59,496 bases of DNA from a virus. Its lineage: Duplodnaviria; Caudoviricetes. A program made the translations under genes and the position numbers. The stretch spans positions 1 through 59,496 of IMG/VR virus record IMGVR_UViG_3300035670_000232; one strand, given 5' to 3'. The notes under the pieces were generated by a model. The model did no database searches. It saw nothing but the letters and a program-made list of their open reading frames with translations, and was not told the origin of the DNA. Shown here piece after piece: positions 8,229-17,240 of the stretch; within the stretch, counting starts at the first letter, position 1; every line of letters starts with the position of its first letter.

Positions 8229-8637
8229 ACCGATCCTCGGCCAACGCCCGGTCCTCCTCGTCCAGATCGCTGATGGCCAGGCCCAAGTAGTCGGGATGCT
8301 CAAAGATTGGGCATAGTTCCTCTGCCTCTGAGAGGGAAATCTTCCAGTCGCCAGGAGCTTTCTTCGCCTTGTTCATCCACTTGTACATGGCGTTCATGGT
8401 GGCCATGACGAAGTACGGCTTGGGCGTTGGCTTCCTGCCTGGAGGGGCGGCGCTTACTCGGTAGCGACGGGCAGCTTTGCATATGGCAAGGAACCCCTCG
8501 GCCTCAAGGTCTGGTATCAGTTGAGCCCGCTGCCATCTGGCCCGCTTGCTGACGAACCACTTCGCCATCATGGGCGCGAGCCAAGCCCAGTCGTTGGCCA
8601 GGTCACGCTGTCTCTTGTTCAATCGCTCGCTTGGCAT
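8035..8637 (-). CDS. Sigma70-family RNA polymerase sigma factor
   Basis: Region 2 DLEAEGFLAICKAARRY; region 4 AISDLDEEDR...TLRAIA HTH. Confidence 0.8.
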   Translation of the reverse strand: MPSERLNKRQRDLANDWAWLAPMMAKWFVSKRARWQRAQLIPDLEAEGFLAICKAARRYRVSAAPPGRKPTPKPYFVMATMNAMYKWMNKAKKAPGDWKISLSEAEELCPIFEHPDYLGLAISDLDEEDRALAEDRFKNGCTLRAIAGRHSTSTRLASVRSRELAKRLAAALDTHLPPPSEERQHPQAGSRCRRPSRGAS

Positions 8638-8639
8638 GG

Positions 8640-8864
8640 TCAAAGTGTAGCGTCTTGACACTGGCGAATGAGTCGAAAAAGTATCAGCCCCGCATACGGA
8701 TCACACTTGCCTAGCTCAACATCATCCTTGACATGCATCCTCGCAAGAGAGGACTGACTGCGGCGGTACTGGTAGATGTAGGTGTGTCCATCCATGGACA
8801 CATTCAATCGTATGAGCGGGTCTAATCCGCACCCCTTGAAGTGCTGGGCAATATCATCTCTCAC
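8640..8864 (-). CDS. Small hypothetical protein
   Basis: Operon packing. Confidence 0.6.
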   Translation of the reverse strand: MRDDIAQHFKGCGLDPLIRLNVSMDGHTYIYQYRRSQSSLARMHVKDDVELGKCDPYAGLILFRLIRQCQDATL

Positions 8865-9207
8865 CCTTTATTGCCCCGATGGATGGGTGTCCCTGCCTGA
8901 GCGTGTCCTTGATGTCTTCTTGGTTGTCAGCGATCTCGCTAAGGATCTCGGTCTGCTTCTTCTCTGCGTCGGCGTGTGTTTCTGCTGCGTCTGCCAATGT
9001 CTTCAGCGCCTCGGCCTGCTTGGTCTGGTTCTCAATCGACCGCTGCAAGTAGTCGGTGTGGCTCTTGACGGCAGGCACCAGCACGGAGTCGTGCAGCCCA
9101 GAAATCACCCACCACAAGCCGACGAACATCACGGCCAAGATGGCGCTCGGAACGCCTAGCTTTTCACCTACCCACTTCACGAGATCATTGCGTTCTGAGT
9201 CCGTCAC
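8854..9207 (-). CDS. Membrane protein with coiled coil (holin- or spanin-like)
   Basis: GTG start overlapping the upstream stop; TM GVPSAILAVMFVGLWWVI followed by coiled coil. Confidence 0.6.
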   Translation of the reverse strand: MTDSERNDLVKWVGEKLGVPSAILAVMFVGLWWVISGLHDSVLVPAVKSHTDYLQRSIENQTKQAEALKTLADAAETHADAEKKQTEILSEIADNQEDIKDTLRQGHPSIGAIKGER

Positions 9208-9554
9208 TTCGGCGTTCCTTTCATGCTGTGCCACCAGCGGCGTATGAGGTACTGGACGATGGCCGAGATGGCCCACGAAAGAATGAATGTAGTGAACGCG
9301 CTGCTGCACTTCTCGCCGTATATGGCAGCCACCCGCTCGTTCATAGACAGCCTGGCCTCGTCGCCATGGGCGTTGTCTTGACCGCCCAACATAAGCTCGT
9401 GACCGGCAGTGCAGTCATACGCTATGCGGACAAGCCGGTCGCAACGCTTGCGCCCTAGCATGAACCGACGAACGGGATTAGAGGCAAGGACTTCCCATGC
9501 CTCGTCTTGTAGACGGGATAGACTCAAGGCTTCCTGCACTTTCCATCTGGGCAA
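9204..9554 (-). CDS. Hypothetical protein with C-terminal hydrophobic helix
   Basis: FTTFILSWAISAIVQYLIRRWW. Confidence 0.65.
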   Translation of the reverse strand: MPRWKVQEALSLSRLQDEAWEVLASNPVRRFMLGRKRCDRLVRIAYDCTAGHELMLGGQDNAHGDEARLSMNERVAAIYGEKCSSAFTTFILSWAISAIVQYLIRRWWHSMKGTPK

Positions 9555-10294
9555 GCGTCCAAATTTTTTGGACCGTTCGCCATCGGCTTCTCCTCCAAGA
9601 ACTTGCGAAGCCGGTCGGTTCTCGTGGCCCTGGCGTGGCCGTCAAGCGACCCCCAGATAATGCCCGATAGCTCGCCCTTGGAGTTGAACACTGGCCCGCC
9701 AGAGTCACCATTCCTGGCCTCGGTGGATAGCACCATGAACTCAGGCTTGCGATGCCCTTTCGGCGTCGTCCAGTAGAGAACCCTGCCCTCAGCTTCCCTG
9801 AACTTGGAGGGGATTGGGCCGAACCCCATGACTGTCAGTGTCTCGCCGAGAAGGGCAGTCTCATCGGCCACTGGCACTGGCTGGGCGTGGGCAGACTCTA
9901 CCTCCAGGGCGGCAAGGTCAAACGGATCGCTGCTTGCCACCACCTTGGCCTTGCTCACCGACCCATCCTGCCAATGAACAGTGACCGGCCCGCCGTCTTC
10001 GATAACATGATGGGCAGTCAGCACCAAGCCGCCTTCAATCAGCACCCCAGACCCATGGTCTTTGTGGTCGCCGTTGTGCTGGGTGATTCGCACTACCGAC
10101 TTGCGAGGGTCTGGCTTGTGGGAAATATGATCCGTTTTTCCTACACCAAAAACTGTCGCATCCCGCCCACTCCCATCGCAAAGCGGGCAGGCGTAGGCAG
10201 CAGAGCCGACACGCACCAGGCCATCCTCGCAGTTGGCGCAGTCGCCAGCTAGGGCAGAGGCTGTGAGCAGAAGGGCAGCGATGAAGGCTTTCAT
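9524..10294 (-). CDS. Secreted trypsin-like serine protease
   Basis: Signal peptide MKAFIAALLLTASALA; triad LTAHH, DLAAL, GDSGGP; CxxC..CxxC; C-terminal CPDGKC. Confidence 0.9.
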   Translation of the reverse strand: MKAFIAALLLTASALAGDCANCEDGLVRVGSAAYACPLCDGSGRDATVFGVGKTDHISHKPDPRKSVVRITQHNGDHKDHGSGVLIEGGLVLTAHHVIEDGGPVTVHWQDGSVSKAKVVASSDPFDLAALEVESAHAQPVPVADETALLGETLTVMGFGPIPSKFREAEGRVLYWTTPKGHRKPEFMVLSTEARNGDSGGPVFNSKGELSGIIWGSLDGHARATRTDRLRKFLEEKPMANGPKNLDACPDGKCRKP

Positions 10295-11181
10295 GATGCG
10301 GGCTTGCTCCAGTCGTCGGGCTTCGTGGTGGTCACAATCGCAAACGATCCACGCCATGCGGACTTCATGGTCCGCTCGGAATCGTAGCGGAGTACGTCAT
10401 ACGAATCCGGGTAACACGCAAGCCTTTCGCCAGCCATGTACTTCGCCCACGGCACCGCATGGCCATCCCTGCCAACGCTCACGACCATGCCGCGCAGCAA
10501 GCAGCACACAGCCTCTTCGTAGCTGGCCGGGAAGATGATCTCTAACGGGCGGAACAGCTTGGCCGTCTCCTCCCAGCCATCGGGCAGGCGAGACTTGGAA
10601 ACCCACGGGCCACTGGCCTGGTTCAGTCCTCCCTTGCCGGTCGTTCCATGAATGGCGTGCTTGAACTGGTAGTCGTATGGCTGCACTGTCTCGGGCAGCA
10701 TCCCTCTGCGGACTGCAATCTCCAGCACGGCACGCACATTGGCACCACCCCACTGCCTCGGATTCGCCTCGCAGTAGACGCTCAAAGGGGACAGCCAAAC
10801 GGACCCGGCCTTGCCAGACTCGGGGTATCGGAACCCCTTCTTCGGACCCTCTGCGTACGACACCGCACGCTCTCGGTTGCGGGCCGCTTCAAAGTTTGCC
10901 CGAAGAGAATGACAGGTGCATTCATGGGTGGGCGTCTGGTTCGTGAACCTGTCTATGTAGTTCAGGCCCCATGTTCCGCACTTGTCGTTGTCTCTCGCGG
11001 CGTCGTCCCAATCCTTGGGGTCGATCATCCACGAGGCAGGCATCGAACGGGCGGCGTCACCGCACACATCTTGCAGGACATCGCGGGTATCCTCGGCAGC
11101 AAGATGTGCCGGGTAGCCGTCATGCTCGGGCAGGCGAACGTCGATGAGCGACGGGTCGATCTTGGAGAAGGAGTCAATCAT
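10291..11181 (-). CDS. Papain-like (C1-type) cysteine peptidase
   Basis: NQ....ECTCHS (Gln..Cys), LSPLSVY, GHAV, PDSY in place of NSW. Confidence 0.7.
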   Translation of the reverse strand: MIDSFSKIDPSLIDVRLPEHDGYPAHLAAEDTRDVLQDVCGDAARSMPASWMIDPKDWDDAARDNDKCGTWGLNYIDRFTNQTPTHECTCHSLRANFEAARNRERAVSYAEGPKKGFRYPESGKAGSVWLSPLSVYCEANPRQWGGANVRAVLEIAVRRGMLPETVQPYDYQFKHAIHGTTGKGGLNQASGPWVSKSRLPDGWEETAKLFRPLEIIFPASYEEAVCCLLRGMVVSVGRDGHAVPWAKYMAGERLACYPDSYDVLRYDSERTMKSAWRGSFAIVTTTKPDDWSKPAS

Positions 11182-11551
11182 TGGCCGCCTCCAAGACCTC
11201 AGCCTCGGTCTTCACCTTGACGACGCGAATAACCTTGCCGCCAGCCATCACAACCAGGGCGGGGACGCCAGCCTTCTCTGCCGCCGCCTCGGCAAGCTTG
11301 TATTGCTCGGGCGTTTCACCCGTGCCGTCCGTGCCGCCCATCTCGTGGGCCGACGCCTTGATGGTGGTGTTGAGCTTTGCCAATCCTGCCCGCACAGCAG
11401 GCGGGACAGGCTCACCATCCTTGTCCCACACATACACCACCCGGTCAGCCACCGTCACTGGCTGAACCACTGCCCACTTCGACAGGTCTGGCAGATCGGG
11501 AATCCCGAACGCCATAATCAGCCCGCCGAGAATGAACAGCCAGGGCTTCAT
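11174..11551 (-). CDS. Membrane-anchored or secreted protein, possibly a thioredoxin-like fold without CxxC
   Basis: Hydrophobic N-terminus; GVPALVV..GGKVI..TEAEVL pattern. Confidence 0.55.
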   Translation of the reverse strand: MKPWLFILGGLIMAFGIPDLPDLSKWAVVQPVTVADRVVYVWDKDGEPVPPAVRAGLAKLNTTIKASAHEMGGTDGTGETPEQYKLAEAAAEKAGVPALVVMAGGKVIRVVKVKTEAEVLEAAND

Positions 11552-11554
11552 CGC

Positions 11555-11812
11555 CTACTCCTTCACGGACTTCTCGGCCAGCATGGCCTGGAGCAGGGAC
11601 TGTGCAATGTCGGCAGCCTTGTTCTTGCCGTCCTTGCGCAGGCGGCGGGTAATATCCACCACCGTCTTCTCATCATCGACCGCACCCAGGGCCGGTTGCC
11701 CGGCACCGGGAGTCCGCTTGGGAACGTACTCCTGCCACAGCAGGTAGAGCCCGTACCCAGTGAGGCCCACGGCGATGCCAACCTGGATGGCGGTTTCGAT
11801 GATGTCTTTCAT
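11555..11812 (-). CDS. Single-TM membrane protein
   Basis: IQVGIAVGLTGYGLYLLW; AGGAG SD. Confidence 0.7.
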   Translation of the reverse strand: MKDIIETAIQVGIAVGLTGYGLYLLWQEYVPKRTPGAGQPALGAVDDEKTVVDITRRLRKDGKNKAADIAQSLLQAMLAEKSVKE

Positions 11813-12072
11813 TTCTTCTCCTGAACCAGAGTCGCAGCGTGTTCGACGCAATACCGCAGAAGATCCTCGCCCTGCGGAGTACGCAGCACTGCGTCAATCC
11901 GCGACACCAGCCCGTCGTCGAACGTGGTCTGGGTGCGATTGGCCAGGAATTCCAGGGCATCCATGACAGCCAGAGACTTGGAGTGAGAGTCTGGTTCCGA
12001 GATGATCTTCTGGCCGACGTTGATGAGCGGGAGCCACTCGTTGTAGAGGGCGATCTTCTGCCAAAGGTTCAT
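11809..12072 (-). CDS. Hypothetical protein (T.T.FDD motif, holin-like)
   Basis: First gene after the GGACAAT promoter; T.T..DD motif seen in some phage holins. Confidence 0.6.
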   Translation of the reverse strand: MNLWQKIALYNEWLPLINVGQKIISEPDSHSKSLAVMDALEFLANRTQTTFDDGLVSRIDAVLRTPQGEDLLRYCVEHAATLVQEKK

Positions 12073-12110
12073 GCGTTTCTCCGTACTTTGAGGGGGCGGG
12101 GCCTACAATA

Positions 12111-12119
12111 CCATTGTCC
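12111..12119 (-). promoter_or_regulatory. Putative phage late promoter, GGACAAT class
   Basis: GGACAATGG-N4-GTAG. Confidence 0.7.
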
Positions 12120-12136
12120 CGCAGCCCTGTCACAAG

Positions 12137-12475
12137 TTACGGATTGGGCAGATCCCCAGCTATTTCCCGCACGAAAGCAGGGGCGTCGTCAAGCTCAACA
12201 ACGAGCAGCCATTTCTTCTTGTTGCGCCTGTATAAAACCACGGGGATTTTCTCCCCGCATTCGGCCTTGGCCTGGGCCATGAACAGGTACGGGTTGCCGC
12301 TCTCGGTACGCTTGACCTCAACGTGGATGTTCTCGTGGCCGGTCACAATGTCCGGGGCTTCCGGCCCACCGTGATACTGTACCCCCCGCCGAGCCGGGAC
12401 GCAGAACAAACGGGACCATTCGCCCGCAGCCTCCCGCTCTCCGGCCTTACCCTTCTCACGCTGGCTTCGTCCCAT
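12137..12475 (-). CDS. Holliday junction resolvase, Hjc-like PD-(D/E)XK
   Basis: KGKAGEREAA, PDI, EVKR motifs. Confidence 0.8.
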   Translation of the reverse strand: MGRSQREKGKAGEREAAGEWSRLFCVPARRGVQYHGGPEAPDIVTGHENIHVEVKRTESGNPYLFMAQAKAECGEKIPVVLYRRNKKKWLLVVELDDAPAFVREIAGDLPNP

Positions 12476-12941
12476 CCCTGGACTCCTTTGCTTCGGATAC
12501 CGCCCGGTCAACGCAGGCAATGGCAACAATCGCATGGCCCGCTATGTCTTGGAGGGTCTTGCGAATCTCCCTCCACTCCGCAGCACTGGCCCGCAATCCA
12601 TCCAGTCTGCCGACCTTCTCTCCGATCCTGGCAAGCTGGTACACCCACGGCTCAATGCCCTGGTCGCGGACCCGCATTGCGTTCTCAAGCGGATCTTGCG
12701 AGCAGGAATAGTAACTACGCTTATGGTCCAGCAGCCGCTGCATCTCATTGCACAGAGGCGGCCACGGCGATGACGTTGCCGTGCGAACAAACTCCTCAAT
12801 GCCGCGAATCTTTCCGGTGGCGTTCACCTTGGCGTACCATTCCTCCAGTGTTACTGGAGTGGAGTACGGGTCGCCATCGTCTTTCGCTGCCATAACAAAC
12901 CGCACGTTAGCGGACACCTCATCATCGTCTTCTAGTGGCAT
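12456..12941 (-). CDS. Nucleotide-modification-associated domain 1 (DUF1599-like), degenerate
   Basis: K...Y....DP..N, R.GEK..RL..L, TLQDIAGHAI. Confidence 0.55.
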   Translation of the reverse strand: MPLEDDDEVSANVRFVMAAKDDGDPYSTPVTLEEWYAKVNATGKIRGIEEFVRTATSSPWPPLCNEMQRLLDHKRSYYSCSQDPLENAMRVRDQGIEPWVYQLARIGEKVGRLDGLRASAAEWREIRKTLQDIAGHAIVAIACVDRAVSEAKESRDGTKPA

Positions 12942-13597
12942 TACTTAATCCTATAGAGTGGTTCGATCCGGCCGCCATGCTCAGTCACCACCTTCTGCAA
13001 GGCGGCCTTGTCGAAGGACAGAGAGTGTACCTTGGTGTCCGAGGGGTCTGTCATGGCAATGCAGTAGGCGACTGGCTCGCCATTCAATGGACACATCTCA
13101 CGCAATCGCAATGTTGCGATAGTGTTCTCCTGCTCAGTAACTTTGTCATACGCATCACGCAGCTTGCGATCCAGGTATTCTAGCTGCGAGAAATCTCTGG
13201 CCTGTCTGTCCCTGAGAACCTTAAGGTCGGACTCCACGCTGTCCTGAGCCTTGTCCTTTTCTGCGATCTTCTCTAGCAGCCTTGATTTGTGGGCTCGGCA
13301 TTCATCCAACTCGGCCTTCAGCTTGTCGATGTCCTTCTTCAGCGACTTGTTGGTTGCCTGCTCAACCTTCAGTTCAAAGCTCGCCTGACCAAGTTGCTTT
13401 ACCAGATCAATCTCCGCGACTGGCTGGGATGGCTTTTCCTCAACGCGGTTCGTCTCGCTCCAGCACCCACAAGTTGCGTATGGCTCGGTGCGGTACTCAT
13501 TCCCTGGCACAGTCCATCGGTTGCACTTGCCGGTTGAACCAGGCTCCTTGCCAGCCTTCGGCCACCAGAACACGCATGTCTTGCACACCTGACTCAT
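12941..13597 (-). CDS. Zn-binding N-terminus plus long coiled coil
   Basis: CKTCVFW..C..CGCW; heptads. Confidence 0.7.
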   Translation of the reverse strand: MSQVCKTCVFWWPKAGKEPGSTGKCNRWTVPGNEYRTEPYATCGCWSETNRVEEKPSQPVAEIDLVKQLGQASFELKVEQATNKSLKKDIDKLKAELDECRAHKSRLLEKIAEKDKAQDSVESDLKVLRDRQARDFSQLEYLDRKLRDAYDKVTEQENTIATLRLREMCPLNGEPVAYCIAMTDPSDTKVHSLSFDKAALQKVVTEHGGRIEPLYRIK

Positions 13598-13953
13598 CGC
13601 ACCCTCCTCTGTATGTAGTAATCGGCCAGCGGCTCGGGATCATATCCTAGCCACTTCTTCCTGACAAGACTGGCAAGAAACTCGGGGTCATAGTTCTTTG
13701 GGTCTACCTCCTGCTTCACCGTAAGGAGCATACCCTTGGTGAGGTCTGGCACTCCGTTCGGTGGGCCGAAGTGCAGTGTGTCGTGGCAGTCACCACATAG
13801 ACGCAAGAGATTCCTGCGGTCATGCTTGCGGCCAGCCGCGCCAACAAGATGATGGAACTGCAACCCCCTCCATCCTCCTGGTGAATGGCACACGGCACAC
13901 TTCGGCCAGAGGATAGAGAGCTTGCCAAACAGGATGGCTTCGTTCGGCTTCAC
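13594..13953 (-). CDS. HNH-family endonuclease
   Basis: CAVC..HH...NL..LCGDCH..H. Confidence 0.8.
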   Translation of the reverse strand: MKPNEAILFGKLSILWPKCAVCHSPGGWRGLQFHHLVGAAGRKHDRRNLLRLCGDCHDTLHFGPPNGVPDLTKGMLLTVKQEVDPKNYDPEFLASLVRKKWLGYDPEPLADYYIQRRVR

Positions 13954-14450
13954 TCAGATACCCCTTGAACGTATTTCAGAAATGACTGAGGCAATAGCAC
14001 CGACGAGAGAGTCGAACAGGGTCGGAGGTGCGACTTCGGTGCGGTCAGGATCCCCATGGCGTGGCCTCGGGTATTGTCTCGCGTTTCCTCTTCTCGCCAT
14101 GTCTCGTCCCGGTCTAACGTGCAGAGCCACACCCATTGGCCGGTTGGCTTTGAAAGAAAGACGTAGGCGAACTTCGTGAATCCCTCTCGCCGCAGCCCCC
14201 GCAAATCGTCCACAAACACGCGGTCGTAGGGATAGTCTTCCGGGCAGGTGAACCGCAGCGACCGCTCCTTGATTTCGATAGCCACCAATGCCGCTGCGTC
14301 CGGGGCGTCGGTGTGGTCCCGGTACTTGCAGTGGTTTTCCGCAACGATCTTCACGCCATCGAACACGCATAGCCCGGCCTCCTGCTGATTATGAACCCAG
14401 CGGCTTTCAGTCTGATGGCCCGCAGTCAGGGATGATTGAAAAGAACGCAC
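13950..14450 (-). CDS. Putative PD-(D/E)XK-like nuclease
   Basis: G...E helix, PD...EIK motif; GTG start inferred. Confidence 0.55.
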   Translation of the reverse strand: MRSFQSSLTAGHQTESRWVHNQQEAGLCVFDGVKIVAENHCKYRDHTDAPDAAALVAIEIKERSLRFTCPEDYPYDRVFVDDLRGLRREGFTKFAYVFLSKPTGQWVWLCTLDRDETWREEETRDNTRGHAMGILTAPKSHLRPCSTLSSVLLPQSFLKYVQGVSE

Positions 14451-14943
14451 GGAACCTGCCGTCCCACGAGAACGAACGGATGGAACATAGCTCCCAGATG
14501 GTGCCGCAAAATCTTGGAGGGCCATCCCAGTTAGATCGGATACGCTCGCACTCATACTGGATCTCCAAGGGCGATGGGTCTTCGGGTGTGTGCCAGCCAC
14601 GCAGCTTCTCAAGGTAAAGCGGGATGGGCTCCTGGATGCGGAGCCGCCCTGCGTTCATCTTGATCTCAAACACCCAGTCCTCGGACTCACCGAACATCTC
14701 AGCGATGTCCTCGTTGTCCAGGCCAATGTCGATCATGGCGACAAGGGCAAGTCGCTCCTTAGATGGAACCCATCCGAGGGCAGACAACAGGGAAACTACG
14801 CCGCGAAGCTGGTCACGATCCAGCTTCATCTTCCTTGCGACGTTTCCGATCCCCTCCCTGTTCACAATGCAACGACGATGAATCTCGTCGGCGTGGGCCA
14901 AAGCATGACGCAATACGAAGCCACAGTCTTTTGAAGAATCCAT
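14407..14943 (-). CDS. HTH-containing putative regulator
   Basis: Two HTH-like segments (IGNVARKMKLDR, NEDIAEMFGESEDWV). Confidence 0.55.
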   Translation of the reverse strand: MDSSKDCGFVLRHALAHADEIHRRCIVNREGIGNVARKMKLDRDQLRGVVSLLSALGWVPSKERLALVAMIDIGLDNEDIAEMFGESEDWVFEIKMNAGRLRIQEPIPLYLEKLRGWHTPEDPSPLEIQYECERIRSNWDGPPRFCGTIWELCSIRSFSWDGRFRAFFSIIPDCGPSD

Positions 14944-15049
14944 TCTTCTTTTCTACTGGGAGGAAGGTTGTCGGGAATGCATGAGCCACATCGAACGTAA
15001 CGACTATCTCATCGACTGTCTCAGGCAAGAGCCCGTCTGTGTTTGGCAC
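14813..15049 (-). CDS. Possible small hypothetical protein
   Basis: Fills the gap after the helicase but overlaps the next ORF. Confidence 0.35.
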   Translation of the reverse strand: MPNTDGLLPETVDEIVVTFDVAHAFPTTFLPVEKKNGFFKRLWLRIASCFGPRRRDSSSLHCEQGGDRKRRKEDEAGS

Positions 15050-16550
15050 GACGATCCTGCTCCTTTCTAAAGGTGGATCTGATCCACGGTTTCAGGGTTG
15101 TGTTACCAGCCCCCCACTCCAGATACCAAGGAGGGAGCTTGGACATTTCCACGCCGCCGTACTTGCCGCGCAGTGGATTGCGGTATGTTCCTACACTCCG
15201 CTTGCCGTTGGCGTCAAGTTCAAAACTCTCGCTCGTGACGTTGCCCCTCGCCCGGCCCGTCATCATCTCGCGGCGACGTTGTATTTCCTCGGCAATCATT
15301 CGTCGCTCAAGCTCTTGCTGGGCGAGTGCGTCCATCTCGGCCTGCGTGAGAGGCTCACCGGCCTCGGCCATTTGCTTCTTCACTGCCTCTCGGATGCCAG
15401 GCTTAGTGTCGCTGACGAACATATCCACAGCGGTCACGAGCCGGTGATCCAAGGAGGCGTCAGTGCAGTCGATGATCTGGAAGTCTGGCTTCCCGCTGGC
15501 GGCGATGGCTGCGATGCGGGACTCTGGAGTGGACCCGTCGAAGTCCACTGTCCCGGCAAGCGGGCGGGTCGCACGGCCCACACACTGGAGCCAGAAGCTG
15601 CGAGAGCGAGTGGGCCTGGCAAGGATCATGGTGCGAATCTTCGGGTGATCGAACCCAACCGCCACCACAGCACAGTTCACAAGAACAGTAGACTCACCAG
15701 ACTTGAACTTCTGAATGGCTACCTGCCTCTCCTCCTCGGGCTGGGTTCCCCACACCACCTCGGCCTTGACCCCGTAGTTGTTGGCGAGGTAGTGGGCGAC
15801 CCCCTTGGCCGACGCTACCGATGGCGTGAACACCACAGTCGGACCCAGTGCCTCCTGGCTTGTGATGAGGGCAATGCGGTGGAGGTTGGCTTCCTTCTCA
15901 ATGGCAGCTTGGAGTTGCTGCTGGTTGAAGTCACCGCCCTGCACCTTCACCTCAGACAGATCAAGGCTTTCCACCCTGGCGAGCTTGCACTTCGGCGGCA
16001 CCGCCCAGCCGTTAGCGATGGCCCAGTGAATGTCAAGGTTGCACAGCGGCTCGTAGTAGTCCTTCATGGCGCGGCCATCCATGAGGAATGGCGTGGCGGT
16101 GAACCCTGCAACCATGGCCCCGTGGTCGTTGAACCAGCGAAACATCTCCATGCACGGCTCAGTGAACTGCATGTGTGCCTCGTCCACAATCACAAGCCGG
16201 ATGTCCTTGAACTTCTTGTACCGCCCGCGAATGAGGGTCTGCTTGGATGCAACCACAACGGACGGGCTAAACCATTCGTCGTGATGCACGCGGTACTCTG
16301 CCATCTCCACTCCTGGATCAAGGCCGATCACCTCCCGCACCTTGTCTACTGCCTGCCAGGTCAACTCCCGCAGCGGGGTCATAATGAGAGTGCGGCCCCC
16401 GGTCTGCTCAAGCACACGGCGAGCAAGCTCCGTGAAGATGACCGTCTTGCCAGCCCCAGTGAAGATGCCGGATAGTGTGGCCTTCGTGCCTAGCTCCATC
16501 TCCAAGAGGTGCTGGTCGATGTTCGATTCTTGGTAATCGCGTGGCTTCAT
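15021..16550 (-). CDS. Superfamily 2 DEAH helicase
   Basis: TGAGKT, DEAH, TATP, GFD.P, RPTRS..QCVGRATR. Confidence 0.95.
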   Translation of the reverse strand: MKPRDYQESNIDQHLLEMELGTKATLSGIFTGAGKTVIFTELARRVLEQTGGRTLIMTPLRELTWQAVDKVREVIGLDPGVEMAEYRVHHDEWFSPSVVVASKQTLIRGRYKKFKDIRLVIVDEAHMQFTEPCMEMFRWFNDHGAMVAGFTATPFLMDGRAMKDYYEPLCNLDIHWAIANGWAVPPKCKLARVESLDLSEVKVQGGDFNQQQLQAAIEKEANLHRIALITSQEALGPTVVFTPSVASAKGVAHYLANNYGVKAEVVWGTQPEEERQVAIQKFKSGESTVLVNCAVVAVGFDHPKIRTMILARPTRSRSFWLQCVGRATRPLAGTVDFDGSTPESRIAAIAASGKPDFQIIDCTDASLDHRLVTAVDMFVSDTKPGIREAVKKQMAEAGEPLTQAEMDALAQQELERRMIAEEIQRRREMMTGRARGNVTSESFELDANGKRSVGTYRNPLRGKYGGVEMSKLPPWYLEWGAGNTTLKPWIRSTFRKEQDRRAKHRRALA

Positions 16551-16569
16551 GTAGGTTCCGTAATCTGGG

Positions 16570-16661
16570 TGCTAAGTCGCTGCTAAGTGCCACCGCAACC
16601 CGGTGCTAAGTGGCCGAAAGCGGCTTATCGGCGGGCAACCGGGACTAATAGGTAGTTAGGC
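16570..16661 (+). mobile_element. attI-like integron recombination site with upstream direct repeats
   Basis: GACTAAT-5bp-GTTAGGC (16643-16661), same geometry as attI1; TGCTAAGT x3 at 16570, 16581, 16604. Confidence 0.55.
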
Positions 16662-16952
16662 GAAGGCCGGAAGGTCGGAATCATGAACCCACTCAAACAC
16701 ATGCCACACGAATGGATTGATGACGGCTGTTCCGATAAAACGCCGAGACGCCTCATGGTTTGGACTGATCGGATTGCCGGTCCCGATGATCTCAATGCAA
16801 CGCGTCTTTGTCGCGTTCGCTGTAGGCACCAAAGCCCACAGGCATAGCTCGCCGTTCTGGTTGGCAACGCTCAATATCCTGGCGCCCGACGGCATCTCAA
16901 TGTCCTGCGTGTCGGTGATTGCCAGAGTGTATTTCCATATCCGGTTGTCCAT
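16656..16952 (-). CDS. Phage hypothetical protein inside cassette 1 (IWKY.L..MP.GA.ILSV..Q..LWA.V)
   Basis: GGAGG SD; its TAA stop lies in the GTTAGGC core site. Confidence 0.85.
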   Translation of the reverse strand: MDNRIWKYTLAITDTQDIEMPSGARILSVANQNGELCLWALVPTANATKTRCIEIIGTGNPISPNHEASRRFIGTAVINPFVWHVFEWVHDSDLPAFA

Positions 16953-16973
16953 CGTCTACCTCCTATGTGAAAC

Positions 16974-17062
16974 GCCTAACAAAGCCTTGCAGCAGAATCG
17001 CGTCGGCGTCTTTTCTCATGGTTCGTCCTTTGGCTGCGATCTGCTGAAGGCAGCCGTTAGAA
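16974..17062 (+). mobile_element. Integron attC site 1 (89 bp)
   Basis: GCCTAAC-AAAGC-CTTGCAGC-AGAATCGC...GCGATCT-GCTGAAG-GCAGCC-GTTAGAA: R'', 5-bp spacer, 8-bp L'', 7-bp L', 6-bp spacer, R', two extrahelical bases. Confidence 0.85.
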
Positions 17063-17076
17063 AACAGGAAACCAAG

Positions 17077-17148
17077 CAGCCCCACGGGGAGTCGAACCCC
17101 GACTCTCGGAACGAAAATCCGATTTCCTAACCATTAGAAGATGGGGCC
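17077..17148 (-). tRNA. tRNA-Glu (UUC), no encoded CCA
   Basis: Acceptor GGCCCCA/TGGGGCT, anticodon stem TCGGA/TCCGA with loop TTTTCGT, T-arm CGGGG-TTCGACT-CCCCG. Confidence 0.9.
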
Positions 17149-17240
17149 GTGCATTCGCCGCAGACTTTGCGGCAATTAGCCGATGTATTCGCCGCCGTAG
17201 TATTTCAGCCCCGGCTCGCTCTCATACCATTCGTCGAAAG

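Noticed and set aside
17063-17076. HDV-like ribozyme at the tRNA 3' end
   Set aside because: Only 14 bp separate the tRNA from attC1 and no nested pseudoknot pattern is visible
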